A stretch of DNA of 64,000 bases, from positions 248,001-312,000 of the IMG/VR virus record IMGVR_UViG_3300023174_000039; one strand, given 5' to 3'. The translations under genes and the position numbers were made by a program. Of this stretch, positions 1 to 9,110 are shown piece after piece (within the stretch, counting starts at the first letter, position 1; each line of letters begins with the position of its first letter). Below the pieces are notes generated by a model that had not been told where the DNA came from, searched no databases, and saw only the letters and a list, made by a program, of their open reading frames with translations.

Positions 1-703
1 CTAACTTGATCTCGGTAGCACCTGGTACTGTGTATGTTACACCACTTGCTGATTGGTACTGACTTGGGAAGTGATAAATGTAGGGTGGATCTAGCAGGTT
101 AGGGTGCCACGAATAATTAACAGAGTCAACTTTGATAGTAGCAGGAACTGACCAATTGTCTTTACAGGGCAATGTGGTCACTTGAAACGCATCCACCAAC
201 TTGATTTCAGTGGCACCAGGCACAGTGTATGTTACACCACTGGCTGATTGCCATTGATCTGGAAAGTGATAAATGTAAGGTGGTGCAAATGGATCAGGAT
301 GCCATGAATAATCCACGCTGGCAGTAGCGACACTGTCGGGTATGAACCAATGTTGGTTACAGGGCAATGTGGTCACTTGAAACGCATCCACCAACTTGAT
401 TTCAGTGGCGCCCGGAACGACATATGTTACCCCACTTGCGGGTTGCCATTGATCCGGGAAGTGATAAATGTAAGGCGGGTCTAGCGGGTTAGGATGCCAT
501 GAATAATCAACGGTGGACTTTGAGACAGAGTCTGGTATTAACCAATTGTCTTTACAGGGCAATGTGGTCACTTGAAACGCATCGATTAGTTTGATCTCAG
601 TGGCACCGGGCACAGTGTATGTTACACCACTGGCTGATTGATACTGGCTTGAAAAATGATAAATGTAAGGAGGATCCAATGGATCTGGGTGCCATGAATA
701 GTC
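1..703 (-). repeat. 195-bp coding tandem repeat, about 3.6 copies, plus one diverged copy extending to about 895
   Basis: The block agggcaatgtggtcacttgaaacgcatc recurs at 166, 361 and 556 (period 195 nt = 65 aa). Confidence 0.92.
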
Positions 704-1231
704 TACTCTGTCAAAGTTCACATGATTTGGGCATTTCCAATGTGCGTATTGTCGGGTTGCTTTAGCCTGTTGTGTATGTACCAGCTTGATACCCTGATTG
801 CCTGTGTACACAGGACCACCGGCGCTTTGCCATTGTGTGCCAAAGTGATATTCATATGCTGGTTCACGATAGTCCGGATGCCATGAAAAATCAAAACTAT
901 GTTGATCAATTCCTGCAGGAATCCGCCAGTTATCTACTGTAGACAATCTTGTGATAGTACGATCTACATGATAGTGTGTTTCAGTATAGCCCGCAGCAGG
1001 CACAAGATACACACCTGCATCTGCTTGATGTTGGCTAGGCCAGGCATGTCGCTGATGAGCTTGCCAAGGAACAGGCTCCCAAAGAAAATCCCACTCTCTA
1101 AGATCTGCTAAGTATGTGATCCACCAAAAGAACCTTGTGCGACTCAACTGCTGTGCATGCCCAATATCACTTGCTTCACGCTCATGAGCAAACAACCCTG
1201 GCTTCTTACCTGAATAAAAAATATCAAACAT
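2..1231 (-). CDS. Repeat-containing protein (Trp/His/Pro-rich 65-aa repeats), runs off the left edge; not in the ORF track
   Basis: Minus-strand frame from ATG at 1231 (in-frame TAA upstream at 1250-1252) reads MFDIFYSGKKPGLFAHEREASDIGHAQQLSRTRFFWWITYL... and stays open to the window edge. It contains repeats of DYSWHPxPxDPPYIYHFPxQxQSASGVTYTVPGATEIKL. Confidence 0.85.
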   Translation of the reverse strand, partial: MFDIFYSGKKPGLFAHEREASDIGHAQQLSRTRFFWWITYLADLREWDFLWEPVPWQAHQRHAWPSQHQADAGVYLVPAAGYTETHYHVDRTITRLSTVDNWRIPAGIDQHSFDFSWHPDYREPAYEYHFGTQWQSAGGPVYTGNQGIKLVHTQQAKATRQYAHWKCPNHVNFDRVDYSWHPDPLDPPYIYHFSSQYQSASGVTYTVPGATEIKLIDAFQVTTLPCKDNWLIPDSVSKSTVDYSWHPNPLDPPYIYHFPDQWQPASGVTYVVPGATEIKLVDAFQVTTLPCNQHWFIPDSVATASVDYSWHPDPFAPPYIYHFPDQWQSASGVTYTVPGATEIKLVDAFQVTTLPCKDNWSVPATIKVDSVNYSWHPNLLDPPYIYHFPSQYQSASGVTYTVPGATEIKL

Positions 1232-2336
1232 GATTAGAATAGACGAAATTTACAACAACACTTTTTGGCCCTGGATTAATAATCAAATCCCTGGCACTAG
1301 AACATACTTCTGTGATCCACCTGGCCGCAGTGATCCAGATGCATTGTTTAACTTTGGTCGAGATGACATTCCCGAAAACGATTTTGTGTTTTTCCATGAT
1401 CAAGAACCTGTGCATTTAGATCTTCATAGACCTTTGTTTACACAGGTCAGAGAGTACACCGAAGACATTAGAAAAAGCAACGGCGATGTCAAAAAAGGCG
1501 GGCATGTAATTGTCAGCGAGCATGGAGAATACGTGCGTGAGTTGTGTCGTGCATACGGATGGAAGAGCCATTATTACTTTTATCATGGATGGGCTTGCAA
1601 GGATTGGTTTCGAGGATATGATAAAACTTTCTTGATCCCTCGAGCAAAAGACAGAGCTCCTACACGCACATTTATGAGTCCTAATAGGATTGTTGCCGGC
1701 AAACGAGATCACAGAGTTTTGTTTTTGTATAATGTATTTAAGCACGGGCTAGATCAAAATTATATTTCGGCTCCTAGAATATGTCCTTACGAAAATGTAG
1801 ATATTTCACAGATAGCACTCAAGTATAATAACATATATCCTGACATAGAGCAAGTGTTCTTGGCAGCAGAATTGCCTAGATTGTTTGCCGGCGAAGACAC
1901 TCAGATCATGACCAGCTGTTGGTTGGGCAACTATGCAGAAGCACAAGACAGTTTGGTGTATGTTCCTACAGAGACTGTGTACTTTGGCAAACGATTACAC
2001 ATCACTGAGAAAACATTCAAGGCAATTGCCTTGGAAATGCCATTTGTGCTGGTAGCGCCTGCACACAGTTTGGAGTACATGCGCAGTTATGGATTCCAAA
2101 CATTTGATGGTATATTTGATGAGAGCTATGATCAGGAAACGGATGATAACAAACGTATTGAAAAAGTTACTCAGCTACTAAAAGATCTAGATAATTTATC
2201 CGTAGCAGAACGTCAACAGATACATCGTGCTTGCTTGCCCATTGTTCAACACAATTTTGAACACTTTTATGGCACCGGATTGGAAAACATCCTGTGGCCT
2301 GAACTGATCAACATGCTGAATGAACTTCGTAGCTGA
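1230..2336 (+). CDS. Glycosyltransferase-like protein, TEK family (GT10/fucosyltransferase-like C-terminal motif)
   Basis: PTETVYFGKRLHITEKTFKAI...PF...L...GFQTF...DESYD resembles the GT10 donor-binding ENxxxxxYxTEK motif; three paralogues in the window. Confidence 0.55.
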   Translation: MIRIDEIYNNTFWPWINNQIPGTRTYFCDPPGRSDPDALFNFGRDDIPENDFVFFHDQEPVHLDLHRPLFTQVREYTEDIRKSNGDVKKGGHVIVSEHGEYVRELCRAYGWKSHYYFYHGWACKDWFRGYDKTFLIPRAKDRAPTRTFMSPNRIVAGKRDHRVLFLYNVFKHGLDQNYISAPRICPYENVDISQIALKYNNIYPDIEQVFLAAELPRLFAGEDTQIMTSCWLGNYAEAQDSLVYVPTETVYFGKRLHITEKTFKAIALEMPFVLVAPAHSLEYMRSYGFQTFDGIFDESYDQETDDNKRIEKVTQLLKDLDNLSVAERQQIHRACLPIVQHNFEHFYGTGLENILWPELINMLNELRS

Positions 2337-3474
2337 TTCAATCATCAAAGGTCGGCCATACCCTGCACTGGCACAGCATCAAGCTATACCTTACACACAG
2401 GGCTGGAGAGAATTTGGAAAACATTGGCCACATACTACTCCTGCTGAGTTATTTGGACACATGAGTGATCATGGGTACCAGTATAGTTTGACCACAGAAG
2501 GCAACGGGTACTATGTAATTGGGCTGGGATTCTTTGATTTCACCATTGATTACTTTGCTCTTGTTGACCGTGCATTACTGCAAAGAATTCAGCAAAAGCT
2601 AGTGACTGTGCTGTTTTACTACCACGAAGGCGATAATCCGCACAACATCAAACAGCGTCTGGATTCATTATGCCAATTGCATGGATTGTCAACCGATTGC
2701 TATCGCTTTGTTAGCGGTAACACTGCTGCCAATTCAATCCCGGGCTTTGTGTACTTTCCTGATCATGAACTGTTGTTCTGGCGCAGGAATCAAGATGTAG
2801 CACCTGTTGTGTTGCACACTAACACAAGGCCATATACATTTGTCGCACTAAGCAGAACACACAAATGGTGGAGAGCAGCCATCATGGCAGACCTGTTACA
2901 AAGCAACATGCTGTCACAGAGTTTGTGGAGTTACAACACTGAGTTGCCACTGGGAGATGATCCTGCGGACAATCCCATAGAACAACTGCCCAATGTTGAT
3001 GTTGATGTGTTCATGACAAACGGACCATACAGATGTGACACATTAACAGTGGATGAACACAACAATCATGCATTAACAGTACCCGAGCATTACACGGATG
3101 CATATTTTAATGTTGTAGTAGAAACACACTTTGATGCTGACGGATCTGGTGGTGCTTTCCTAACTGAAAAAACATTCAAACCCATAAAGAATGCACAACC
3201 ATTTGTGCTGGTTGCACCAGCTGGTAGTTTACAATGCTTACGTGAGCTAGGATATCGTACATTTGATTCCGTGCTGGACAATAGCTACGATTTGGAAACA
3301 AACAACACTCAGCGTTGGCTCAAAGTAAAACAAACATTACAACAAATACAACAAGATCCACACGGCATTTTTTTACGCTGTCGTGATGATATACTGCACA
3401 ACCAGCAGTTATTTCAATCCACGAAACTGGACAGATTAAATACTTTACTAAAGAACCTATATGAACAAAATTAA
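2320..3474 (+). CDS. Glycosyltransferase-like protein, TEK family
   Basis: VVVETHFD...FLTEKTFKPI...PFV...LRELGYRTF...DNSYD; paralogue of 1230..2336. Confidence 0.55.
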   Translation: MNFVADSIIKGRPYPALAQHQAIPYTQGWREFGKHWPHTTPAELFGHMSDHGYQYSLTTEGNGYYVIGLGFFDFTIDYFALVDRALLQRIQQKLVTVLFYYHEGDNPHNIKQRLDSLCQLHGLSTDCYRFVSGNTAANSIPGFVYFPDHELLFWRRNQDVAPVVLHTNTRPYTFVALSRTHKWWRAAIMADLLQSNMLSQSLWSYNTELPLGDDPADNPIEQLPNVDVDVFMTNGPYRCDTLTVDEHNNHALTVPEHYTDAYFNVVVETHFDADGSGGAFLTEKTFKPIKNAQPFVLVAPAGSLQCLRELGYRTFDSVLDNSYDLETNNTQRWLKVKQTLQQIQQDPHGIFLRCRDDILHNQQLFQSTKLDRLNTLLKNLYEQN

Positions 3475-4486
3475 CTCCTACACCAGCTGGCAACCTCTTG
3501 AAGAGGTCATTGTGGGTCGCGCCTACTCACCTGATTACTTTGACTTTATTGACAATCCACAAGTGCGTAATCAACTGCAACAGATTCTCTACGAGACTGA
3601 AGAAGACTTGAACGGCCTACAACGAACCATTGAAAAGTATGGTGCTCGAGTACGTCGTCCTAACTTGCCCAGTAAAGACTCGTTTATTTGGCACCAAACA
3701 GAGGGCGGAGGTGCTCCGCTGCCGCCACTGACACCACGCGATTGGCAAATCACCATGGGCGACAAACTGTTGCGGGTGCTCAACATGGAAGAACTAGATG
3801 ACATCTGTGCCGACTTTGGCGATCAAGTTGTTAACCCTCACAAGAGTCGGTGGGACGAAGACTGTATCTTAAATGGTGCGAGTGCCAGCTGTATTGTGCG
3901 TGTGGGTCGCGATGTGTTCTTTGACAACTCAGATTTTTTACGTCCTGATCAAACCAAGTGGATTGTGGACAATGTGCTAGGAGAAGGGTATCGTGTTCAC
4001 GAAGCTATCACAGACGGTCATGGAGATGCTGTGTTTGCTATTCTCAAGCCCGGTGTGTTGCTATCCAGCAAACACGATGTGAACTTGGATCTGGCCAAAG
4101 ATTTTCCTGGCTGGGACGTTTGCAAGATCTGGGACAGTTCAATCTGGGCTGCCATGGAAGTGGGCAAGTTCAAATACGAGCAAACTCCTGGTGCTTGGTA
4201 TGTGCAAGGACAAACACCCACAGCTGAGTTCACAAAGTTTGTGGACACATATTTAAACAAGTGGACTGGCTTTGTGGCCGAAACTGTGTTTGATGTCAAC
4301 TGCCTGGTACTGGATGAAGAAAATGTTATCTTCAGCGCCTACAACCGAGAAGTGTTTGACTACTGTAAAAAACATCGTATCAATCCCATTATCAGTGAAC
4401 TGCGCCACAGCTACTTTTGGGACGGTGGCATCTCATGCTGTACACAAGATCTACGTCGTCGTGGCGGCCTAGAAGATTATCTATAA
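3461..4486 (+). CDS. Amidinotransferase (glycine/inosamine-phosphate amidinotransferase family)
   Basis: N-terminal NSYTSWQPLEEVIVGR, PRD motif, HGD (catalytic His), DVNCLVLDE, C-terminal GGISCCTQDLRR (catalytic Cys). Confidence 0.85.
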   Translation: MNKINSYTSWQPLEEVIVGRAYSPDYFDFIDNPQVRNQLQQILYETEEDLNGLQRTIEKYGARVRRPNLPSKDSFIWHQTEGGGAPLPPLTPRDWQITMGDKLLRVLNMEELDDICADFGDQVVNPHKSRWDEDCILNGASASCIVRVGRDVFFDNSDFLRPDQTKWIVDNVLGEGYRVHEAITDGHGDAVFAILKPGVLLSSKHDVNLDLAKDFPGWDVCKIWDSSIWAAMEVGKFKYEQTPGAWYVQGQTPTAEFTKFVDTYLNKWTGFVAETVFDVNCLVLDEENVIFSAYNREVFDYCKKHRINPIISELRHSYFWDGGISCCTQDLRRRGGLEDYL

Positions 4487-4508
4487 GCATGTTGCAGAGG
4501 ATATAAAA

Positions 4509-5177
4509 ATGAAAATATTGGTCAATGGCGACAGCAACATGTGCGGCGAAGAACTTGAAGACCGCAGTCTGGGTATATCATCACAGGTGGCCAAGATATT
4601 GGGTGCGGATATCAACAATCTTAGTCTCAGTGGCAGTAGCAATGATCGAATATACAACAGCACCATGGATTATGTTCTTAATCAGCCCACACCAGATCTG
4701 GTTCTGATTGGCTGGAGTGAAATGTGTCGTGTGCAATGGTTTTTGGATGATGTGCATCCGTTTGGTGAGTTTGTGGAAATAAACAACCTGGGTGTGGGAC
4801 GTCGTGAGTATCCAGACCATTATGCCAGGCGTCTAGAAAGATGGCACGAAATCAGCAACAATCTAGAATTTCGTACACATCTCAGTTACTACTGGCACGA
4901 ACGCATATATAACTTACACAAGTTTTTGCAAAACCGATGTATTAATCATTTGTTTTTTCATTCATTTCATGACTTCAAAGTAACTGATGCAAATGATCAG
5001 CTTGACTGGTCCAACTGTTTTATGGATCCTTACAGCTGGGACAACACCTATGTGCATTGGTGTGCAGATCAAGGATACAAAGAAATAACGCCTGGATGGT
5101 ATCATTATGAACCTGCGGGACAACGTGCGTGGGCCGAACGCATCGTTGAGTATATTAAACAACACAATATTATATGA
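4509..5177 (+). CDS. SGNH/GDSL hydrolase-like protein
   Basis: N-terminal ILVNGDS, NxSxSGSSN block, C-terminal HYEPAGQ. Confidence 0.65.
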   Translation: MKILVNGDSNMCGEELEDRSLGISSQVAKILGADINNLSLSGSSNDRIYNSTMDYVLNQPTPDLVLIGWSEMCRVQWFLDDVHPFGEFVEINNLGVGRREYPDHYARRLERWHEISNNLEFRTHLSYYWHERIYNLHKFLQNRCINHLFFHSFHDFKVTDANDQLDWSNCFMDPYSWDNTYVHWCADQGYKEITPGWYHYEPAGQRAWAERIVEYIKQHNII

Positions 5178-6289
5178 TTTATTCCGTTGACCAAATTCGA
5201 CATCTACATTTAGAAATAAGCAGTTTATGCAATGCCGCGTGTCCGTTGTGCCCTAGAAATTTCAATGGCTATAAACACAATGCAGGATACACAGAGCACA
5301 ACATGTCATTGGCAGAGGCACAAAAAATATTTCCCGTGGAGTTTGTGCAACAACTAGAGGTCATAGTGATCAATGGGAACTTTGGCGATGCTGTAATGAA
5401 TCCAGACACTGTGCCAATTGTTAGATATTTTAAAGAACACAATCCCAAGATACATATCAATATCAGCACCAATGGTGCCGCAAGAGATGCCAGATTCTGG
5501 AAAGACCTGGCAGCATCTGATGTTGAAGTGAGTTTTTGTATTGACGGCGTTGATGATTTCACGCACGGACTGTATCGACGCAACACAATGTACAGCACAA
5601 TCATGCGTAACTCTGCTACATTTATAGCTGCCGGAGGACGAGCTAACTGGAAGATGATTAAGTTTGATCATAATGGTCCATTTCAGGAACAGGCCCATCA
5701 GCTCAGCATACAAAGAGGATTCACGAATTTTTCACTGATCAACGACGGACGAGACATAGGACCTGTTTACAATGACCAAGGCGATTTACAATACACCATT
5801 GGAGAGGCACGGATCGATTGGCAGCCACCTGCAAGAATTGAACCGTTGTTAGAAATGAATTTTGATGAAAAATTCAAAGGTAATCAGATTATCTGGGTCA
5901 AGAAAGAAGAGATCAAAGAAATCCACTGTGAAGTTGCAGTATCAAAAAGTGTATATGTCAGCAGTACCGGAGATGTGTTCCCTTGTTGTTACATGGGCAT
6001 AAATCCTGCTGAATACAGAAACAATACCAGTCACGGATACAGCATGGAACAAATCAATCAGATTATGGCCAAGAACAATGCACTAGAGCACGATCTTGCC
6101 ACCTGTATTGCATGGTTTGATCACATTGAATCCAGCTGGAACAAAGACTCATTTGAGAATGGCAGATTACTGACCTGCAATCAATCATGCGGAGGCGACA
6201 ATCAGCGTCCGCAGTTTCATGTCAAAGAAGCCACAATATACTATAACGATGTTAACGGGTCCCAAACCCAGGATCAGGCCACCGACTAG
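5174..6289 (+). CDS. Radical SAM protein with C-terminal SPASM/twitch-like domain
   Basis: CNAACPLC (CxxxCxxC), STNG, C-terminal C...GDVFPCC...CNQSC. Confidence 0.9.
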   Translation: MIYSVDQIRHLHLEISSLCNAACPLCPRNFNGYKHNAGYTEHNMSLAEAQKIFPVEFVQQLEVIVINGNFGDAVMNPDTVPIVRYFKEHNPKIHINISTNGAARDARFWKDLAASDVEVSFCIDGVDDFTHGLYRRNTMYSTIMRNSATFIAAGGRANWKMIKFDHNGPFQEQAHQLSIQRGFTNFSLINDGRDIGPVYNDQGDLQYTIGEARIDWQPPARIEPLLEMNFDEKFKGNQIIWVKKEEIKEIHCEVAVSKSVYVSSTGDVFPCCYMGINPAEYRNNTSHGYSMEQINQIMAKNNALEHDLATCIAWFDHIESSWNKDSFENGRLLTCNQSCGGDNQRPQFHVKEATIYYNDVNGSQTQDQATD

Positions 6290-7061
6290 CATTTGGGTTC
6301 GGGGCATAAAAGTTTGTTAAATCAATGGGCCTTGATCCTGGCTCATAGTTTTGATATGTGTCAACTACCAGTGCGCTCATCATTCGATTGTTGTAAGAAC
6401 TAAAATGATTGCATCGACGGTCTTGTATCATGTAGTGCTTTATTATTTCTGCGTCAGTTCCTTTGCCCTCACTGAAACTCACATGAATCAATGGTGTTGT
6501 AAACACCACTCCGGGTAGCGCGGACTTGGAGATTTCTACTGTAAACGGATAGTTGTTAAAATGTATTTGTTTGATGTCTTTAAAAGTCCTGTCTATTTCG
6601 TGGAACCATTGCACTTGTGACCAATCTTGAAAAGAGTAATCAATCAAGTCTGCGGCCCAGGATTGTAGGGATTTTGCCAGCGTTGTTTTGTACTTGTACT
6701 TGGCATCATCTGAGTGCGGTTTCCAATCCAGGTTTAACATTTCATTTCCCACATCTCCATTTTCGCTATTGTACCTGGTGCTGTTGGTGTGACAAAATAC
6801 CATGAGTTCAATGGATTCAATCCATTCAGGATCATACTCCATATGATCAAATAGTTGTTTACGAGAATAATACCAACTGCGACCAGCAAATCCAAAACTG
6901 TACAAGTTCAACTCCAATGCCTCCGCAGTTAAATCCAGCCAACTCTTATTTTTTGGGTCAGAGTCTTTCTGCTGGGCCATCTTGTGCGGTATCACACTGT
7001 CCTCATTCCAACAACTGCAGAAACTGTCACCTACAAATACTATGTTTTTTTTAAATGGCAT
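6252..7061 (-). CDS. SGNH/GDSL hydrolase-like protein (probable start 7061, MPFKKNIVFVGDSF)
   Basis: VFVGDSF block, AGRS, C-terminal NHFS. The ATG at 7061 abuts the upstream gene's stop. Confidence 0.6.
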   Translation of the reverse strand: MPFKKNIVFVGDSFCSCWNEDSVIPHKMAQQKDSDPKNKSWLDLTAEALELNLYSFGFAGRSWYYSRKQLFDHMEYDPEWIESIELMVFCHTNSTRYNSENGDVGNEMLNLDWKPHSDDAKYKYKTTLAKSLQSWAADLIDYSFQDWSQVQWFHEIDRTFKDIKQIHFNNYPFTVEISKSALPGVVFTTPLIHVSFSEGKGTDAEIIKHYMIQDRRCNHFSSYNNRMMSALVVDTYQNYEPGSRPIDLTNFYAPNPNASRWPDPGFGTR

Positions 7062-8463
7062 TGTACCAGCCTGCCAATCTTGGGTAAGTTGCCGCAAAGT
7101 TTTTGCCTCGACGTTGATCGTATTGTTTAAAGAAGCTTTTGAAATCTTTTTGTAATGCCAATACGTTGGCTTCTTCAACATTGCCAGCAAACTCATCTGT
7201 TGTGTGCGCTATGTACTTTTCTTCATGGGGCGCAGTTACTTCCAGCAGATATTTTGAATAGCGTTCAATGTGGTCAATTTCAATATCTGCAAACAACTTT
7301 TTGATATCTGGACCCTTTAAGAAATCTGTAATTTCGTGTGCGTACTGCTCACGCAGTTCTCTAGGTAGTACTACTATGCTCTGAAATGTGGGGAAGCGCA
7401 CAGGATTAACGCTCAGCATGAGTCCACGACTGTGATTGCTATTGGGAGGTGCTGTGCGTTTGCGGTCTGCAAGCCAGTACAGGAACTCAGTAAATCCGTC
7501 GGCAGCGGCTGCACTCAGTGTGCCACATATGCCAGTATTGGCAATCACACCTGAGTTCAGTACCAGGTCTAGATTGCTGTTCCACAGTTCCCAGTCCAGC
7601 CCATCACGCACATACTCCATCTTGTTGCCTGTGCTTTCGGCACTAGTATATACCCATACAGGCACATCAATGCGACTGCATGCGTCTAAGAAACGTTTTA
7701 GTGTGTCTTGATCGTAGGCCAAGTTAGTGGTCATTTCTATACGACAATCAGTCTTGGAAGTGTTGTTGGCCAGCCAATCCAGTAACTTCCAGGTGTGACC
7801 TGACATCATTGGCTCGCCGCCACTGATTCGTATTTGTTTGATGGTTTTGTGCAGGCTAGAATCCCACCATTTAAAGAACGCATCGGCATAGGGGTTGTCC
7901 TCACCAAATGTATATCCTATTGCTTCGTCGCCAGTGGTTAGATAATGATTACGATGATCAGTTGGTAAATTTGTATAAGCACCGTTTTTGCGAATATCTT
8001 TAGCCCAGGTTGTGCTGATGGTTGGGGCACAATAACTGCATCCTAAATTGCAAGTGCGATCAAAACATATTTCCAAATAAGTCAGATCATAATCGTTTTC
8101 AGAACTGGAAGTGAACGCAGTGTTCAGCAACTCTGGACTCATTTGGCCACCCCAGGTGGTCCACACACGATCGCTGAGACCATCTGGTTCAACGTCTTCC
8201 ATTACCCAGCAGAATTGACAATTCTTGGGCTTGAGTCCCTGTTGCATCATGAGTCTCTCTTGTTTTTTAATGGGAGTATTGTGCAGGGCCATTGGGTTGG
8301 TCTTGATTGCTTCCAGGTCTATTAAATGTGGAGGATTATGGTGACAGCTTGTGGTCCATCCTTGGCTGAGCCATAGGCTGCTGTTGTACCATTTAGATCC
8401 ACAAAAACTTGGACTTTTAGAATCCAGGTTGTCAATCTTCCATTGTTTCATATTAATGCTCAT
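7051..8463 (-). CDS. Radical SAM protein with N-terminal twitch-like domain (subtype A)
   Basis: FCGSKW...SCHHNPPH...CQFCW, then CNLGCSYC, SGGEP, YVRDGLDW, C-terminal YDQRRGKNF. Confidence 0.9.
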   Translation of the reverse strand: MSINMKQWKIDNLDSKSPSFCGSKWYNSSLWLSQGWTTSCHHNPPHLIDLEAIKTNPMALHNTPIKKQERLMMQQGLKPKNCQFCWVMEDVEPDGLSDRVWTTWGGQMSPELLNTAFTSSSENDYDLTYLEICFDRTCNLGCSYCAPTISTTWAKDIRKNGAYTNLPTDHRNHYLTTGDEAIGYTFGEDNPYADAFFKWWDSSLHKTIKQIRISGGEPMMSGHTWKLLDWLANNTSKTDCRIEMTTNLAYDQDTLKRFLDACSRIDVPVWVYTSAESTGNKMEYVRDGLDWELWNSNLDLVLNSGVIANTGICGTLSAAAADGFTEFLYWLADRKRTAPPNSNHSRGLMLSVNPVRFPTFQSIVVLPRELREQYAHEITDFLKGPDIKKLFADIEIDHIERYSKYLLEVTAPHEEKYIAHTTDEFAGNVEEANVLALQKDFKSFFKQYDQRRGKNFAATYPRLAGWYNAI

Positions 8464-9110
8464 TGTATTCCTGTCAATTTATTTTTTAATACCGGGACAA
8501 TTACTTGATTGTAGTATCGTTGATGTCCGTCGTTGTTGGGATGGTCGCACACTGATGATTCTGCTTTGGTCCACTTGAAATCAGCAAAAGATAAAAACTG
8601 CGAATCACGCAGTCGATCAAGCACATGGTTATTCAGAGAAGGTATGTGTACAGGGTCAGGCATACACCAGAGAAAATCTGCACCCACCAGCTGGGCAGAA
8701 GCATATGCAGCCAACAATGTTGTGATTGAACTAGCATGCCCTATTCTATCACTGTACAAATATTTGTAGTAGTGTTCTACGGCTGTTTCAAGTTGAGGAA
8801 ATGTGCGATCTGACTGCCAGTTTGGGCCAATTGATTCGGCTGCATTTTCAGTGCGTCTGATTTGAATTCGAGCGGCAAACGACACACAACATATAACCAA
8901 TTTGATATCGTCGGTTAGTTCTTGATGTAATCGTTCCACAATAGATGCATTGCTGTAGCCTGGGCGGGAACGATTGTCCACTGTGACAGCAAACTCTTTT
9001 TGTATTAAACTAGGCCATGCATACTCACTTGGTTTAGCAATATAACCCATGGGGGTATCCGAGCATCCTTGACCAAAGGTAAAACTATCTCCTAATACCA
9101 CAATTTTCAT
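8460..9110 (-). CDS. SGNH/GDSL hydrolase-like protein
   Basis: LGDSFTFG, NRSRPGYSN, C-terminal DHPNNDGH. Confidence 0.75.
   Translation of the reverse strand: MKIVVLGDSFTFGQGCSDTPMGYIAKPSEYAWPSLIQKEFAVTVDNRSRPGYSNASIVERLHQELTDDIKLVICCVSFAARIQIRRTENAAESIGPNWQSDRTFPQLETAVEHYYKYLYSDRIGHASSITTLLAAYASAQLVGADFLWCMPDPVHIPSLNNHVLDRLRDSQFLSFADFKWTKAESSVCDHPNNDGHQRYYNQVIVPVLKNKLTGIQ

Noticed and set aside
1-703. CRISPR array or other non-coding guide array
   Set aside because: The period is 195 nt, a multiple of three. The whole unit is similar between copies and lies in an open reading frame.
7062-7196. Upstream start (7196) for the SGNH gene given in the ORF track
   Set aside because: It overlaps the radical SAM gene by 146 nt; ATG 7061 places the GDS motif near the N-terminus, as in the paralogues.
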